Shown piece by piece: positions 9,956-21,054 of a stretch of DNA of 32,000 nt. Position 1 is the stretch's first letter. Each line of letters opens with the position of its first letter. Position numbers and translations under genes: made by a program. The notes beneath the pieces were generated by a model. It worked only from the letters and a program-made list of their open reading frames with translations, ran no database searches and was not told where the DNA came from. Location of the stretch: sequence record HF562234.1. One strand, given 5' to 3'.

Positions 9956-9984
9956 ATTATAAATATTGTGTGATAGCCTGTCAA
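9956..9984 (-). promoter_or_regulatory. Consensus sigma70-type promoter upstream of rps12 (TTGACA-17-TATAAT)
   Basis: On the minus strand, TTGACA lies at 9984-9979, then a 17-nt spacer, then TATAAT at 9961-9956. The -10 box ends 42 nt upstream of the rps12 ATG. Both hexamers match the consensus exactly at optimal spacing. Confidence 0.6.
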
Positions 9985-10006
9985 ACCTTTTGTTTTACAT
10001 AAAATA

Positions 10007-10237
10007 TTACGAATTAATAATTCTATTTACATCTTTTAAATTATATTTACGCATAAATCTGTCTACACGACCTTCTGTATCTATAATTCGTTGTGATCCT
10101 GTAAAAAATGGATGATTTCCAGACCAAATATCAACATGTAATTCTGGTTTAGTTGAACCAATTGTCATAATATGTTGGCCATCACAATAAACTTTAGATT
10201 CTGGATACCATTGAGGATGTATATCTTTTTTGCTCAT
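10007..10237 (-). CDS. rpl31: Ribosomal protein L31
   Basis: 76 aa. Contains MSKKDIHPQWYPESKVYC...GNHPFFTG. Confidence 0.93.
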   Translation of the reverse strand: MSKKDIHPQWYPESKVYCDGQHIMTIGSTKPELHVDIWSGNHPFFTGSQRIIDTEGRVDRFMRKYNLKDVNRIINS

Positions 10238-10272
10238 TTCTACTATATTGATATTTGTATTGTAATTACGTT

Positions 10273-10686
10273 TTAACGTTTTGAATATTGAGGTGCTTTT
10301 CTTGCTTTACGTAAGCCATATTTTTTTCTTTCTTTTACGCGTGCATCTCTAGTTAAAAACCCTTCTGATTTTAGAGCAACACGATTTTCTGAATTAATTG
10401 TGCATAGTGCTCTTGCTATACCGAGTCTAATAGCATCTGCTTGACCTGTTAATCCTCCACCTTCTGCTTTTACATAAATATCATATTCTTTACTTAGACC
10501 TAATATTTTGAGAGGCCCATATGATATACGTAAATAGTTAGGACTAAATTGTAAGTATGATTCTCCAGGAATTCCGTTAATAATTAATTTACCCGAACCA
10601 GGTGTTAATTGAACTCTTGCTATAGATGTTTTACGTCTTCCGGTTCCGGAATAAGTAATTTTTGATGAATTGGATAAAATAGCCAT
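10273..10686 (-). CDS. rps9: Ribosomal protein S9
   Basis: 137 aa. Contains [19 protein letters not shown] and the C-terminus [17 protein letters not shown]. Confidence 0.96.
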   Translation of the reverse strand: MAILSNSSKITYSGTGRRKTSIARVQLTPGSGKLIINGIPGESYLQFSPNYLRISYGPLKILGLSKEYDIYVKAEGGGLTGQADAIRLGIARALCTINSENRVALKSEGFLTRDARVKERKKYGLRKARKAPQYSKR

Positions 10687-10726
10687 TATATTTATATATA
10701 ATTTTAATGATTGTGCAATTGTATAT

Positions 10727-11161
10727 TTATTTTAGTGTAATATCTTCAGGTTGTTGTGCTTCATGAGGATGATTATTGTTTGCATAAACTTTTAATTGTG
10801 TAAAAAGTTTTCTACCTAAAGGACCTTTTGGAAGCATTCCTTTGACGGCTTTTTCAATTATTTTATTGGGCATTCTTTGATTTAATTGTTCAAAAGTTTC
10901 TATTTTCAAACCTCCTGGTTGTCCAGAATGTCTTTTATAAAGTTTTTTATATTTTTTTTGTCCAGTTACTGTTATGCTTTGTGCATTTATGATAATTATA
11001 TAAGATTGTGTATTCAGAAAAGGTGTATAGTCTATATTATTCTTTCCTTGTAAAATACTAGCTATTTTAGTACTTAATCTGCCTAATGTTTGATCGCTTG
11101 CATCTATTAAATACCATTTTTTGCTTGTGTTTTTGTTGGGTATATATGTATCATTCATCAT
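10727..11161 (-). CDS. rpl13: Ribosomal protein L13
   Basis: 144 aa. Contains [27 protein letters not shown]. Confidence 0.95.
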   Translation of the reverse strand: MMNDTYIPNKNTSKKWYLIDASDQTLGRLSTKIASILQGKNNIDYTPFLNTQSYIIIINAQSITVTGQKKYKKLYKRHSGQPGGLKIETFEQLNQRMPNKIIEKAVKGMLPKGPLGRKLFTQLKVYANNNHPHEAQQPEDITLK

Positions 11162-11220
11162 GTATATTATTAATTCATTATATTTTTGTTATTAAATAAT
11201 TATTGTCATTCTATAGTAAA

Positions 11221-12153
11221 CTAACTTTTTTCCTTTGGTAAACTTATTCCTAATTTTTTTTGTAAGGCATCTATCACTTCTTCTGCAGATTTTTGTCCAA
11301 AATTTTTAATTTCTAATAATTCTTCTTGTGAATAGTCTAATAAGTCAGAAATAGAGTGTATTTGTGCTCTCTTTAAGCAATTATAAGCACGAACAGATAA
11401 TTGAAGTTCTTCAATTAAAACTTGATTAATTGCTTGTTCTTCTTGTATTTGATTGTTTACTGCAGGCTGAAAGTTTATATTAGTTAGAGGATGAAATAAG
11501 TTAGTTAGTACATTTGCTCCTTCACTTATTGCTTCTTGAGGTGATAAACTACCATTGGTCCATATTTCTAAAGATAGTTTTTCTTGCACCAATGTAGAAC
11601 TAATACGTTTTTCTTCAACTACATAGTTAAATTTTTTTGCCGGCATAAATACAGCATCTACCTGCAAGAAATCAATTGATTGATGGTCAATGCCTTTATC
11701 TACTATGCGGTATCCACTTCCTTGTTCGATACGAAACTCCATTTCAAAAATAGTATTATTGCATATAGTCGCAATATATTGCTTGGGATCAATTATTTGT
11801 ATCTCTGTTGGTACATCAAATAATCCAGCTGTTACAATAGCCGGTCCTTGTATTCTAATTCTACCTATTTGTGGTTCTTTAGTATAACTTTTTAATACGA
11901 CTTCTTTTAAGTTTAGCAGTATCTCCAATACATCTTCTCTTACGCCTGTAATCGTAGAAAATTCATGGTTTATTCCAGCTATTCTTACAGCTACAATAGC
12001 TGTTCCTTGTAAATCTGATAATATAGTTCTTCTTAATGAATTGCCAACAGTAATACCTTGGCCTTGTTTTAGAGGTTCTAATATAAAATGGCCATATTGC
12101 TCACGAGCTCCTTCTGTTTTTGACTCTATGCATTCTAGTTCAAAATGAGTCAT
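11221..12153 (-). CDS. rpoA: RNA polymerase alpha subunit
   Basis: 310 aa. It has an N-terminal assembly domain and a C-terminal domain with LQLSVRAYNCLKRAQIHSISDLL. Confidence 0.95.
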   Translation of the reverse strand: MTHFELECIESKTEGAREQYGHFILEPLKQGQGITVGNSLRRTILSDLQGTAIVAVRIAGINHEFSTITGVREDVLEILLNLKEVVLKSYTKEPQIGRIRIQGPAIVTAGLFDVPTEIQIIDPKQYIATICNNTIFEMEFRIEQGSGYRIVDKGIDHQSIDFLQVDAVFMPAKKFNYVVEEKRISSTLVQEKLSLEIWTNGSLSPQEAISEGANVLTNLFHPLTNINFQPAVNNQIQEEQAINQVLIEELQLSVRAYNCLKRAQIHSISDLLDYSQEELLEIKNFGQKSAEEVIDALQKKLGISLPKEKS

Positions 12154-12226
12154 TGAAGAAAGTTCCTCTTATATATTTGTATATGTATGATAAACAGACT
12201 GTAAAATATTGAATTGATATTTAATT

Positions 12227-12616
12227 TTATACTCTTCGTTTTTTAGGTGGTCTACATCCATTATGTGGTACAGGTGTTATATCTTTTATTAAAGTTATTT
12301 CGATACCAGTTGCTTGTATTGCTCTAATAGCTGTTTCTCTTCCTGCACCTGGACCATTAACCATAACTTCGGTTTGTTTAAGGCCTTGTTCTATAGCTTG
12401 TTTAGCTGCTTTTTCTGAAGCTGTTTGTGCTGCAAAAGGTGTGCCTTTTTTTGCTCCTTTAAAACCACTAGCGCCTGATGAACACCAAGATATAGTTTCT
12501 CCTTTTAAATCTGTAATAGTTACAATTGTATTGTTAAATGTAGATTTTATATGTGTTATGCCATTTATAGCATTTTTTTTACGTTTGTTACTACTTTTTT
12601 TTATTTGTCTAGCCAT
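12227..12616 (-). CDS. rps11: Ribosomal protein S11
   Basis: 129 aa. Contains [28 protein letters not shown] and a C-terminus with [13 protein letters not shown]. Confidence 0.96.
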   Translation of the reverse strand: MARQIKKSSNKRKKNAINGITHIKSTFNNTIVTITDLKGETISWCSSGASGFKGAKKGTPFAAQTASEKAAKQAIEQGLKQTEVMVNGPGAGRETAIRAIQATGIEITLIKDITPVPHNGCRPPKKRRV

Positions 12617-12650
12617 TTTTGATATTTAATAATTGTGATTCAAGAGTTGT

Positions 12651-13031
12651 CTATTTACGTGGAGCTTTCTTTTTACCTGTCATGGTTTTTTTTGTGCCTC
12701 TGCGTGTTCTTGCGTTAGTTCTTGTTCTTTGACCTCTTAATGGTAACCCAGTTCTATGTCTTTTTCCTCTATAAGAGTTAATTTCCATTAACCGTTTAAT
12801 ATTAATAGATTCAACTCTTCGTAGATCCCCTTCAATTTGATATTCATTATTTAAAATATCTCGAATCGCAACTATTTGTGTATCATTTAAATTGTGTACT
12901 AAAATATTGCCATCAAGATGAATTTTTTCCAATATTTCTTGAGAGCGAGATAAACCTATACCATATATATAAGTTAACCCAATTTCAATTCTTTTATTTT
13001 TAGGGAGATCAACTCCTGCAATTCGAGCCAT
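12651..13031 (-). CDS. rps13: Ribosomal protein S13
   Basis: 126 aa starting [26 protein letters not shown]. Confidence 0.96.
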   Translation of the reverse strand: MARIAGVDLPKNKRIEIGLTYIYGIGLSRSQEILEKIHLDGNILVHNLNDTQIVAIRDILNNEYQIEGDLRRVESINIKRLMEINSYRGKRHRTGLPLRGQRTRTNARTRRGTKKTMTGKKKAPRK

Positions 13032-13061
13032 AATTTTATTACCTTTATTCTTAAAATTTGT

Positions 13062-13175
13062 TTACCCTTGTCGTTGTTTATGTTTAGGATTTTCACAAAT
13101 AACCATAACTCTTCTGTGTCTGCGTATTATGCGACATTTTTCGCACATTTTTTTTACAGATGGTCTTACTTTCAT
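13062..13175 (-). CDS. rpl36: Ribosomal protein L36
   Basis: Hand-translated 37 aa: [37 protein letters not shown]. It is below the ORF-track cutoff. Confidence 0.95.
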   Translation of the reverse strand: MKVRPSVKKMCEKCRIIRRHRRVMVICENPKHKQRQG

Positions 13176-13227
13176 AGTTAGTTTAAATATAATTATAATT
13201 TAATGTTAATTTCTGCTTAATTTTGAA

Positions 13228-14466
13228 TTATTCTATTATATTATCATACTGTTGAGAGATGATATATGTTTGTATTTGTTTTGCAGTATCAATAGAAACA
13301 CCCACTAAGATCAATAAAGATGTAATCCCTAATCCTTTAAAAGATTCTGTTTTCATGACGATTGATATTATAGATGGTACTAGAACAATAATAAATAGAA
13401 AGATGGATCCTAGAAAAGTTAATTTATATAAAATTTTTTTCAAATATATTACTGTATCTATACCAGGTCTTATACTTGGTATACTAGATCCCATTTTTTT
13501 TAAATTTTTAGCTATATCTTCTGGATTTAAAATAAGTGATGAATAAAAATAGCTAAACGTAATTATTAAAAAACAGTATAAAGGTAAATATAAGTAGTTG
13601 TTAGGAAAAAATAAATAACATAATTGATAGATAGTGTTATTGGACGTTAGTTGTAATAAGTAAGGAGGTAAAGCCATAGCTGCAGATGCAAATACAAGTG
13701 GCATAACTCCACTTTGATTTAATTTTAAAGGTATGTAGCTTTGTGGGTTTAATTCTTGTATTTTTCCTAATTGCCTTGCTGAGATTATAGTAATTTTTCT
13801 TTGTCCTTCTTGAATAAGAATTGTAACTATTAGAATTAATATAAATAATATTAATAGAAAAAAAATATTTATAGTTGTTTTTCCATTATAAATATTTGTA
13901 GTATACTCCATAAATACTTTAGGTATCCCAGAAACAATGTTTTGAAAAATTAACAAAGAAGGACCGTTACCTATACCATATTCTGTAATTATTTCAGAGA
14001 ACCACATTATTATTATTGATCCAGTTGTTAGTGTGAGTAAGCAGTCAATAATAAAATATTTGTTCCAGTTAAATACATAAGGCTTGATCCAAAAAGCTAT
14101 TGCAGTACTTTGTAATATTGCCCATATTAGCGTTAATGATCGAGTTATTTGTGTAATTTTTTGTCTGCCTAATTCACCTTCTTCTTTTTGTAAGTTTTCT
14201 AGTTCAGGAATAATTTTTGTTATTATTTGCATAATAATAGATGAATTAATATATGGAACTATACCTAATGCAAAAATTCCTATTGTAGAAAAACCACCAC
14301 CAGAAAAAATATTTAAAAAACTTACTAGTCCATTTTGTCCCATATTGCTGTAAAAAGAATTATGATCTATACCTGGTATAGGAATAAATATACCTAATCT
14401 TGCAATAATTAGTGTTCCTAAGGTTATTAAAGTTTTTTGTTTGAGTTTAATTGTGCTTTTCATCAT
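13228..14466 (-). CDS. secY: Preprotein translocase SecY
   Basis: 412 aa and polytopic. It occupies the conserved position between rps5 and rpl36. Contains [18 protein letters not shown]. Confidence 0.93.
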   Translation of the reverse strand: MMKSTIKLKQKTLITLGTLIIARLGIFIPIPGIDHNSFYSNMGQNGLVSFLNIFSGGGFSTIGIFALGIVPYINSSIIMQIITKIIPELENLQKEEGELGRQKITQITRSLTLIWAILQSTAIAFWIKPYVFNWNKYFIIDCLLTLTTGSIIIMWFSEIITEYGIGNGPSLLIFQNIVSGIPKVFMEYTTNIYNGKTTINIFFLLILFILILIVTILIQEGQRKITIISARQLGKIQELNPQSYIPLKLNQSGVMPLVFASAAMALPPYLLQLTSNNTIYQLCYLFFPNNYLYLPLYCFLIITFSYFYSSLILNPEDIAKNLKKMGSSIPSIRPGIDTVIYLKKILYKLTFLGSIFLFIIVLVPSIISIVMKTESFKGLGITSLLILVGVSIDTAKQIQTYIISQQYDNIIE

Positions 14467-14539
14467 TTATGTATGTATTTGTATACTATAAATATTTAAT
14501 TTCAAAAGTTTCAACAAATTGTAATTTATAATTTATAGT

Positions 14540-15067
14540 CTATGTTTCAGTAATGCTGTAAAGATGATTAATATTTATATCTCTCTCTTGGGCAGTTCTA
14601 GCGAATGTTTTTAAATTTGCTAAAGCATTGATAACTGCACGTGCATTATTTAATGTATTACTAGATCTTAATTGTTTAGCTAATATATTTTTGATTCCTG
14701 CAAGTTCAAGTACCGTTCTTACAGATCCTCCTGCAATTACACCTGATCCTATAGCAGAAGGCCTAATAATAACTCTTGCTGCTCCTGATATCCCTTCAAT
14801 GGTATGAGGTATGGAATTAGACTTTGTTAAGGGTATACTGATAAGATGTTTTTTAGCATCAGCAACACCTTTTTTTACAGCTCCAATTACATCACTTGCT
14901 TTCCCTACACCGACACCAATTTGTCCTTTTTCGTTTCCTACTACTAAAATTGCTCTAAAACTTAGCTTTTTGCCTCCTTTAACTACTTTCGTAACTCTTT
15001 TTACTTGTACAACACGTTCTTCCCAATTGGTATCTTGATCTTTATTTTTGATGTTCTTTTTTTTCAT
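14540..15067 (-). CDS. rps5: Ribosomal protein S5
   Basis: 175 aa. Contains [29 protein letters not shown]. Confidence 0.96.
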   Translation of the reverse strand: MKKKNIKNKDQDTNWEERVVQVKRVTKVVKGGKKLSFRAILVVGNEKGQIGVGVGKASDVIGAVKKGVADAKKHLISIPLTKSNSIPHTIEGISGAARVIIRPSAIGSGVIAGGSVRTVLELAGIKNILAKQLRSSNTLNNARAVINALANLKTFARTAQERDININHLYSITET

Positions 15068-15084
15068 ACGTATTATATAATAGG

Positions 15085-15408
15085 TTAAAATTTTATTCCT
15101 TGTTCTCTAGCAGCTTCAGCCAATGCTTTAATTCTTCCATGGTATAATTTATGGCCACGGTCAAATACTACTTGAGTAATTCCTTTTTTTAGAGCTTTAT
15201 TTGCTATATCGCAGCCAATAACTTTTGAGATTTTACAGTTTCCGTAAAGTTTAACCTTATAATTGATTTTTATATCTTGAGAAATACTTGAACTGCTAGT
15301 TAGTACAGTATTATTTGTATCATCAATTATTTGCGCATAAATATGTTTGTTTGATCTAAAAACATAAAAACGAGGACGAACAGATGTACCTTTTATTTTA
15401 TTTCTCAT
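15085..15408 (-). CDS. rpl18: Ribosomal protein L18
   Basis: 107 aa. Contains [20 protein letters not shown] and [23 protein letters not shown]. Confidence 0.94.
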   Translation of the reverse strand: MRNKIKGTSVRPRFYVFRSNKHIYAQIIDDTNNTVLTSSSSISQDIKINYKVKLYGNCKISKVIGCDIANKALKKGITQVVFDRGHKLYHGRIKALAEAAREQGIKF

Positions 15409-15416
15409 TTAATTTA

Positions 15417-15953
15417 TTATTTACCTGCTTTACCTACTTTTCTTTTTATTTTTTCATTAATATATCTAATACCTTTACCTTTGTAAGGTTCAGGAGGCTT
15501 AACAGATCGAATTTTTGCAGCCACTTGACCTACTATTTCTTTACTAATTCCTGAAACAATAATATCTGTATTTTTTTCTACTTTGATAGAAATACCGCTA
15601 GGTGCATCAATTTTAACTGGATGGCTATATCCTACATTTAATATTAACTCTTTGTTATTTATTTGTGCTCTGTATCCAACACCATGTATTTCTAATTTTT
15701 TGAAAAACCCTTGAGATACTCCTAGTGCCATATTATTAATAATAGTGCGGGATAATCCATGTAGTTCTTGTGATGCTTTGTTAGATTTATTGATTTTAAG
15801 TGTAATCTCATTATTTTTTTGTTGAATATCTATTAGCTGAGATAATTTGTATGATAATTTTCCTTTTGGACCTTCTATGAAAATTATAGATTCATTAATA
15901 TTTGCACTTACTTTATCAGGAAGAATAATAGTTTGTTTTCCAATTCTAGACAT
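15417..15953 (-). CDS. rpl6: Ribosomal protein L6
   Basis: 178 aa. Starts MSRIGKQTIILPDKV and ends near PEPYKGKGIRY. Confidence 0.95.
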   Translation of the reverse strand: MSRIGKQTIILPDKVSANINESIIFIEGPKGKLSYKLSQLIDIQQKNNEITLKINKSNKASQELHGLSRTIINNMALGVSQGFFKKLEIHGVGYRAQINNKELILNVGYSHPVKIDAPSGISIKVEKNTDIIVSGISKEIVGQVAAKIRSVKPPEPYKGKGIRYINEKIKRKVGKAGK

Positions 15954-15977
15954 AGTTATTTAATTGATTAATTGAAT

Positions 15978-16376
15978 TTACCATATATAACATAAAACTT
16001 CTCCGCCCAATCCATTATACCTGGCTTGACGATCCGTCATTACACCTTTTGAAGTTGAAATAATCGCTATTCCAATTCCTCCTAAAACTTTAGGCAATTC
16101 TTTATAGTTAGCATATACTCTTAACCCAGGCTTACTTACTCTTTTTAGAGCTGTAATTACAGGTAGCTTTTTATCTCCTTTGTATTTTAAAGATATCAGT
16201 AAATAATTTCTTAATTGATCTCCAATTTCTTCAAACTCATATACAAATCCTTCTTCTTGCAAAACTTTTATAATATTTCGTGTCATTTTAGTTGCAGGAA
16301 CTTGAACAATTTGATGTTTTGCTAAATTTGCATTACGAATACGTGTTAACATATCTGCAATTGTATCATTAACCAC
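15978..16376 (-). CDS. rps8: Ribosomal protein S8 (GTG start)
   Basis: 132 aa reading (M)[15 protein letters not shown]. The start codon read from the sequence is GTG (plus strand CAC at 16374-16376). The first in-frame ATG is codon 9, inside the conserved N-terminus. Confidence 0.93.
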   Translation of the reverse strand: MVNDTIADMLTRIRNANLAKHQIVQVPATKMTRNIIKVLQEEGFVYEFEEIGDQLRNYLLISLKYKGDKKLPVITALKRVSKPGLRVYANYKELPKVLGGIGIAIISTSKGVMTDRQARYNGLGGEVLCYIW

Positions 16377-16412
16377 TATTTTAATTCTCCACTTCTGTTT
16401 AAAAAATATTTA

Positions 16413-16955
16413 TTAGCAAAAAGGCATACCAAAAGCTTGTAAAAGAGCTAAACTTTCTTTATCATTTTTTGCTGTAGTTACTATTGCTATATCCATTCCT
16501 CTAATCTTATCTACATGTTCATATTCTATTTCTGGAAATATTAATTGCTCTTTGACGCCTATATTGTAATTTCCATGTCCATCAAAATGTTGCGTACTAA
16601 TACCACGAAAGTCTCTTATTCTTGGTAAAGATAAATTGATTAATTTATTTAAGAAATTATACATTTTATGTCTTCTTAAAGTTACTGTGACACCAACAAC
16701 AATATTCTCACGAATTTTAAAGCCAGCAATAGATTTTTTTGAACGTGTAACAATAGGTTGTTGTCCAGTTATTAATGTAAATTCTTCAATACTCTTTTCA
16801 AGAGCTTTTGCATTTTGTGAAGCTTCTCCTAACCCTCTATTAAGAGTGATTTTTACTAATTTAGGTATTTCATGCGTATTGCCGTACTTAAATTGTTTCA
16901 TCAAATCAGGACAGATTTTATTGTAGTAAAGTTCTTTTAGTGAATTATGCATCAT
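16413..16955 (-). CDS. rpl5: Ribosomal protein L5
   Basis: 180 aa. Contains [38 protein letters not shown]. It overlaps the rpl24 3' end by 11 nt if the first ATG is used. Confidence 0.95.
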   Translation of the reverse strand: MMHNSLKELYYNKICPDLMKQFKYGNTHEIPKLVKITLNRGLGEASQNAKALEKSIEEFTLITGQQPIVTRSKKSIAGFKIRENIVVGVTVTLRRHKMYNFLNKLINLSLPRIRDFRGISTQHFDGHGNYNIGVKEQLIFPEIEYEHVDKIRGMDIAIVTTAKNDKESLALLQAFGMPFC

Positions 16956-17292
16956 TACTATTATTTATTTTTTCCCCAGTTTTTTTTAATATTCTTTGTT
17001 TAATATTTTGTTCATTACGTATGTAATTAAATCTACTAGCAATTTCGTGTTTTATGCTATATAGCATAACATTAGAGCTATGTATAGGAGCTTCAATCTG
17101 AATTATTTGACCTGTTTCATCTTTTTGTTTTGGCCTTACGTGCTTTATTTGTATATTTATGTTTTTTACTATAACTTTTCTTTTTTTTGGTATAACTTTT
17201 ATTATTTCACTAATTTTTCCTTTATCTTTTCCTGAAATAATTTTTACAGTATCACCTTTTTTAACATGCATTTTAATTTTTTGTTGACCCAT
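16945..17292 (-). CDS. rpl24: Ribosomal protein L24
   Basis: 115 aa. Contains the KOW motif [21 protein letters not shown]. The alternative start at Met8 cannot be excluded. Confidence 0.9.
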   Translation of the reverse strand: MGQQKIKMHVKKGDTVKIISGKDKGKISEIIKVIPKKRKVIVKNINIQIKHVRPKQKDETGQIIQIEAPIHSSNVMLYSIKHEIASRFNYIRNEQNIKQRILKKTGEKINNSNDA

Positions 17293-17660
17293 TATACAAC
17301 CTCAGTTGCTAAAGATATAATTTTTGAAAAATTTTTATCACGTAACTCTCGTGCAATTGGCCCAAATACTCTTGTACCTCTAGGATTATTGTCCTGATTT
17401 ATAATAACAGCCGCATTCTCATCAAATCTTACACTCATACCATCTTTTCTACGTAAAGTCTTCTTAGTTCTTACAATAACAGCTCTTATAATATCAGACT
17501 TCTTTATTGGCATATTAGGTAATGCATCTTTTACAACGCCAATAATAATATCTCCAAGACTTGCATAATGAGGATTACTTGTCCCTAATACTCTTATACA
17601 CATTATTTTTTTTGCACCACTATTATCAGCAACTGTTAAATAACTTTGGTTTTGTATCAT
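17292..17660 (-). CDS. rpl14: Ribosomal protein L14
   Basis: 122 aa starting [26 protein letters not shown]. Its TAA stop shares one base with the rpl24 ATG (TAATG). Confidence 0.97.
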   Translation of the reverse strand: MIQNQSYLTVADNSGAKKIMCIRVLGTSNPHYASLGDIIIGVVKDALPNMPIKKSDIIRAVIVRTKKTLRRKDGMSVRFDENAAVIINQDNNPRGTRVFGPIARELRDKNFSKIISLATEVV

Positions 17661-17668
17661 TGTTTATA

Positions 17669-17908
17669 TTACTTTGTAATTTTACTTATTAATTTCCAGC
17701 GTTTATTTTTACTGATAGGTCTTGTTTCTTGTATTTTTACAACATCTCCTCGTTTACATTCGTTTTTTTCATCATGTGCATAATATTTATTTGTTTTAAT
17801 AATAATTTTATTATATTTTTTATGTGCAACCTTTTTAGTTACAGCAACAGTAATAGTTTTATGCATTTTGTCACTGGTAACTTTTCCAATTGTTTCTTTT
17901 ATAGCCAT
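17669..17908 (-). CDS. rps17: Ribosomal protein S17
   Basis: 79 aa. Contains [16 protein letters not shown]...[26 protein letters not shown]. Confidence 0.94.
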   Translation of the reverse strand: MAIKETIGKVTSDKMHKTITVAVTKKVAHKKYNKIIIKTNKYYAHDEKNECKRGDVVKIQETRPISKNKRWKLISKITK

Positions 17909-17910
17909 TT

Positions 17911-18111
17911 TTATTTATTAATTCTTTTTGTTTCTATAGTTAATAATTGAGCAAGTTCATGTCTTTTATGTTTAAAGATATGTGGCTTAAATGATTGACG
18001 GGTTGCTTTTTTAATTTTTAATTGTAATAAGTCTTTTTTAATCTCAATAATTCTTGCTTCTATTTTTTCATTAGTTAAATCTTGTATATTATTTATTTTT
18101 GTAAAAGCCAT
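17911..18111 (-). CDS. rpl29: Ribosomal protein L29
   Basis: 66 aa helical protein with the L29 pattern [28 protein letters not shown]. It sits in the conserved slot between rpl16 and rps17. Confidence 0.9.
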   Translation of the reverse strand: MAFTKINNIQDLTNEKIEARIIEIKKDLLQLKIKKATRQSFKPHIFKHKRHELAQLLTIETKRINK

Positions 18112-18113
18112 AC

Positions 18114-18527
18114 TTAATTATGTAGTTTTGTAATAAATTTCGTCTTTACAGGAAGCTTATATGATGCTAGTTTCATTGCTTGTTTTGCCGCTTGTTGTGA
18201 TACACCAGCTATTTCAAATAAAATATGTCCAGGTTTTATAACAGCAACCCAGTATTCAGGTGCGCCTTTTCCTGAACCCATTCTTGTTTCTGCTGGTCTT
18301 GCTGTAACAGGTTTGTCTGGAAAAACTCTTATCCACAGTTTTCCTCCTCTTTTTACATATCTTGTAATGGTTCTTCTTGTCGCTTCTATTTGTCTAGATG
18401 TTAGCCATGCAGGATCTAGTGATTGTAAAGCGTATTCTCCAAATGCTATAGTATTTCCTTTAGATGCATTTCCTTTCATTCGTCCACGATGTTGTTTTCT
18501 AAATTTAGTTTTTTTTGGGCTTAGCAT
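18114..18527 (-). CDS. rpl16: Ribosomal protein L16
   Basis: 137 aa starting [19 protein letters not shown]. Confidence 0.97.
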   Translation of the reverse strand: MLSPKKTKFRKQHRGRMKGNASKGNTIAFGEYALQSLDPAWLTSRQIEATRRTITRYVKRGGKLWIRVFPDKPVTARPAETRMGSGKGAPEYWVAVIKPGHILFEIAGVSQQAAKQAMKLASYKLPVKTKFITKLHN

Positions 18528-18552
18528 TGTGTATAATTTTATTATATTATTA

Positions 18553-19215
18553 TCATTGTTTATTTATCTTTATTGTAGATGAAGGTAATTTTTCTCCTTT
18601 AAAAAGCCAAACTTTTACTCCTAAAATTCCATAAATTGTTTGAGCTGTTTTATATGAGTAATCAATATCTGCCCTCAACGTTTGTAAAGGAACTCTTCCT
18701 TCTCTTATCCATTCACTACGGGCTATTTCAGCTCCATTTAGTCTACCAGATATTTGTACTTTAATTCCTTTCACATTGGCTTTTTGTGATCTTTGTACAC
18801 CTTGTCTAACTGCTCTTCGAAAAGCTATTCTTTTTTCTAACTGTTGTGTTATAAATTCAGCTATTAAACTAGCTTCTTGATCAGGTTCTCTAATTTCAAT
18901 AACATTGACACGAATTTGTTTATTATCCTTTAATTGTCTGACTAGTTGTTTTCTTAAGTTTTCTATACCTGTTCCCATTTTTCCAAGTACTATTCCAGGC
19001 CTTGCAGTGTGAATATATACTTCAATCTGATCTACTTTTCTATGAATATAGATGGATGATATACTTGCATTTTGCAAACAGCTATAAATATATGATCGAA
19101 TTTTATGATCTTCTTGTAAGAGATTACTGTATTCTTGCATTTTTGCATACCAAGAGGATCTATGTTTTTGAGTTATATTTATTCTGAATCCTAACGGATG
19201 TGTTTTTTGTCCCAT
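18553..19215 (-). CDS. rps3: Ribosomal protein S3
   Basis: 220 aa. Starts [12 protein letters not shown]; contains a KH domain and the C-terminal segment [30 protein letters not shown]. Confidence 0.96.
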   Translation of the reverse strand: MGQKTHPLGFRINITQKHRSSWYAKMQEYSNLLQEDHKIRSYIYSCLQNASISSIYIHRKVDQIEVYIHTARPGIVLGKMGTGIENLRKQLVRQLKDNKQIRVNVIEIREPDQEASLIAEFITQQLEKRIAFRRAVRQGVQRSQKANVKGIKVQISGRLNGAEIARSEWIREGRVPLQTLRADIDYSYKTAQTIYGILGVKVWLFKGEKLPSSTIKINKQ

Positions 19216-19234
19216 ATTTATAATAAATGAATTT

Positions 19235-19582
19235 CTATGAGTATTGTAATTTTATTGTTATATGGCAAGTTGGTTTGTGTATAGGAAAAGCTCTTCCTTG
19301 CGCTCTAGGTTGAAATCTTTTTAAATTTGGTCCTTCATTAGCAAAAGCTTCTATTATTTTGATTTGATTTCTATTTTTATTATCATCAATTTCAATATTG
19401 TTAACAGCTGACTCAAGAATTTTCTTTATTACACCACATGGTTTATATGGCATAAATTCTAGTATTATTATTGCTTCTGGATAATATTTTCCTCTAATCT
19501 GGTCTAATATTCTACGTACTTTTATTGGTGATAAACGCAAATATTTGCCAACAGCTATTTTTTTTCTAATTGTATTTGTCAT
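19235..19582 (-). CDS. rpl22: Ribosomal protein L22
   Basis: 115 aa. Contains [18 protein letters not shown] and [18 protein letters not shown]. Confidence 0.94.
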   Translation of the reverse strand: MTNTIRKKIAVGKYLRLSPIKVRRILDQIRGKYYPEAIIILEFMPYKPCGVIKKILESAVNNIEIDDNKNRNQIKIIEAFANEGPNLKRFQPRAQGRAFPIHKPTCHITIKLQYS

Positions 19583-19587
19583 TTGTT

Positions 19588-19866
19588 TTACCTTTTTGCT
19601 TTTCTATCGCCTTTAATATGACTTCTAAAGTTTCTAGTTGGAACAAATTCACCTAGCTTATGTCCAACCATCTGGTCAGATACAAAAATAGGGAAATGCT
19701 GTTTACCGTTATGTACAGCAATTGTATGTCCAACCATAGTAGGTATAATTGTAGATGATCTAGACCATGTTTTTATAGTCTTTTTTATTCCTTTTGTATT
19801 AAATAATTCTATTTTATTTAACAATTTTGATTCTATGTATGGGCCTTTAGATAGAGATCTTGACAT
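19588..19866 (-). CDS. rps19: Ribosomal protein S19
   Basis: 92 aa. Contains [11 protein letters not shown] and [29 protein letters not shown]. Confidence 0.97.
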   Translation of the reverse strand: MSRSLSKGPYIESKLLNKIELFNTKGIKKTIKTWSRSSTIIPTMVGHTIAVHNGKQHFPIFVSDQMVGHKLGEFVPTRNFRSHIKGDRKAKR

Positions 19867-19882
19867 TTTCTTTATATATAAT

Positions 19883-20710
19883 TTATTTTCTACGTCTTAA
19901 TATATAACGATTACTATATTTTTTTATAGATCGTGTTTTGGCTCCTAGCGCTGGTTTTCCCCATGGTGTTACTGGGTGGGGTCTACCGATGGGAGAACGG
20001 CCTTCTCCACCTCCATGTGGATGATCAACAGGATTCATAACAACACCTCTAACAGTTGGTTTTTTACCTAACCATCTATTCCTACCTGCTTTACCAATAG
20101 TTATGTTGTTAGCATCTATATTACCAACTTGCCCAACAGTTGCATAGCATTCTTGACGTATAATTCTAACTTCACTTGATGGTAATTTTAGTGTTGTAAA
20201 ATCACCATCTTTTGCAACTATTTGTGCATATGTACCAGCAGCTCTAACAATTTGACCACCTTTTCCAGCAATTAACTCTATATTATGTACAGCTGTACCT
20301 AAAGGTATTTCTGATAAAGGTAACGCATTTCCTACTTCTATAGGTGCGGATATGCCAGATACAACCATTGTCCCTAATGAAAGTGTATTTGGATGTAAAA
20401 TGTATCTTTTTTCACCATCTTCATAATGTAATAAAGCTATTCTTGCGTTACGATTGGGGTCATATTCAATACTAGCAACTTTGCCTTTTATGTTATGCTT
20501 ATTCCTTTTAAAATCTATTAATCTATATCTTTTTTTATGTCCTCCACCTTTGTGCCTAGATGTAATAATACCCCTATTATTACGACCTTTATTGCGATGA
20601 TTTTTGACTAATAATGATTTTTCTGGTTTATCTTTTGAAATTTCACTGAATGTTGATACAGTTCTATTTCTCGTTCCTGGTGTATATGCTTTATATAAAC
20701 GGATTGCCAT
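19883..20710 (-). CDS. rpl2: Ribosomal protein L2
   Basis: 275 aa. Contains [22 protein letters not shown] and [14 protein letters not shown]. Confidence 0.98.
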   Translation of the reverse strand: MAIRLYKAYTPGTRNRTVSTFSEISKDKPEKSLLVKNHRNKGRNNRGIITSRHKGGGHKKRYRLIDFKRNKHNIKGKVASIEYDPNRNARIALLHYEDGEKRYILHPNTLSLGTMVVSGISAPIEVGNALPLSEIPLGTAVHNIELIAGKGGQIVRAAGTYAQIVAKDGDFTTLKLPSSEVRIIRQECYATVGQVGNIDANNITIGKAGRNRWLGKKPTVRGVVMNPVDHPHGGGEGRSPIGRPHPVTPWGKPALGAKTRSIKKYSNRYILRRRK

Positions 20711-20739
20711 GTTGTTATTATAATTTTAACTATATCAAG

Positions 20740-21054
20740 TTAACTATCTGGAAATAAATTAATACTATATTCATTTTTTAATGTCACTATAGCTTTTTTA
20801 TAATTTGCTTTTTGTCCAATAAATTTGCCAACTCTTTTTTTATTAGGAGGTGTATTACATGTATTGACACTTTGAATACTTACATTAAAGATATATTCTA
20901 TTGCTTGTTTAATATTTAGTTTATTAGCTTTACGATCTACTGCAAAGCTGTATTGATTATCTTCAAGTAATTTAGTAGTTTTATCAGTAATAATAGGATA
21001 TTTGATTATTTTTAATAAAGCTCTTTTATCTATTTCAGGCATTATATATTTCAT
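20740..21054 (-). CDS. rpl23: Ribosomal protein L23
   Basis: 104 aa. Contains [40 protein letters not shown]. The start could instead be Met5 at 21042. Either start overlaps the end of rpl4. Confidence 0.9.
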   Translation of the reverse strand: MKYIMPEIDKRALLKIIKYPIITDKTTKLLEDNQYSFAVDRKANKLNIKQAIEYIFNVSIQSVNTCNTPPNKKRVGKFIGQKANYKKAIVTLKNEYSINLFPDS

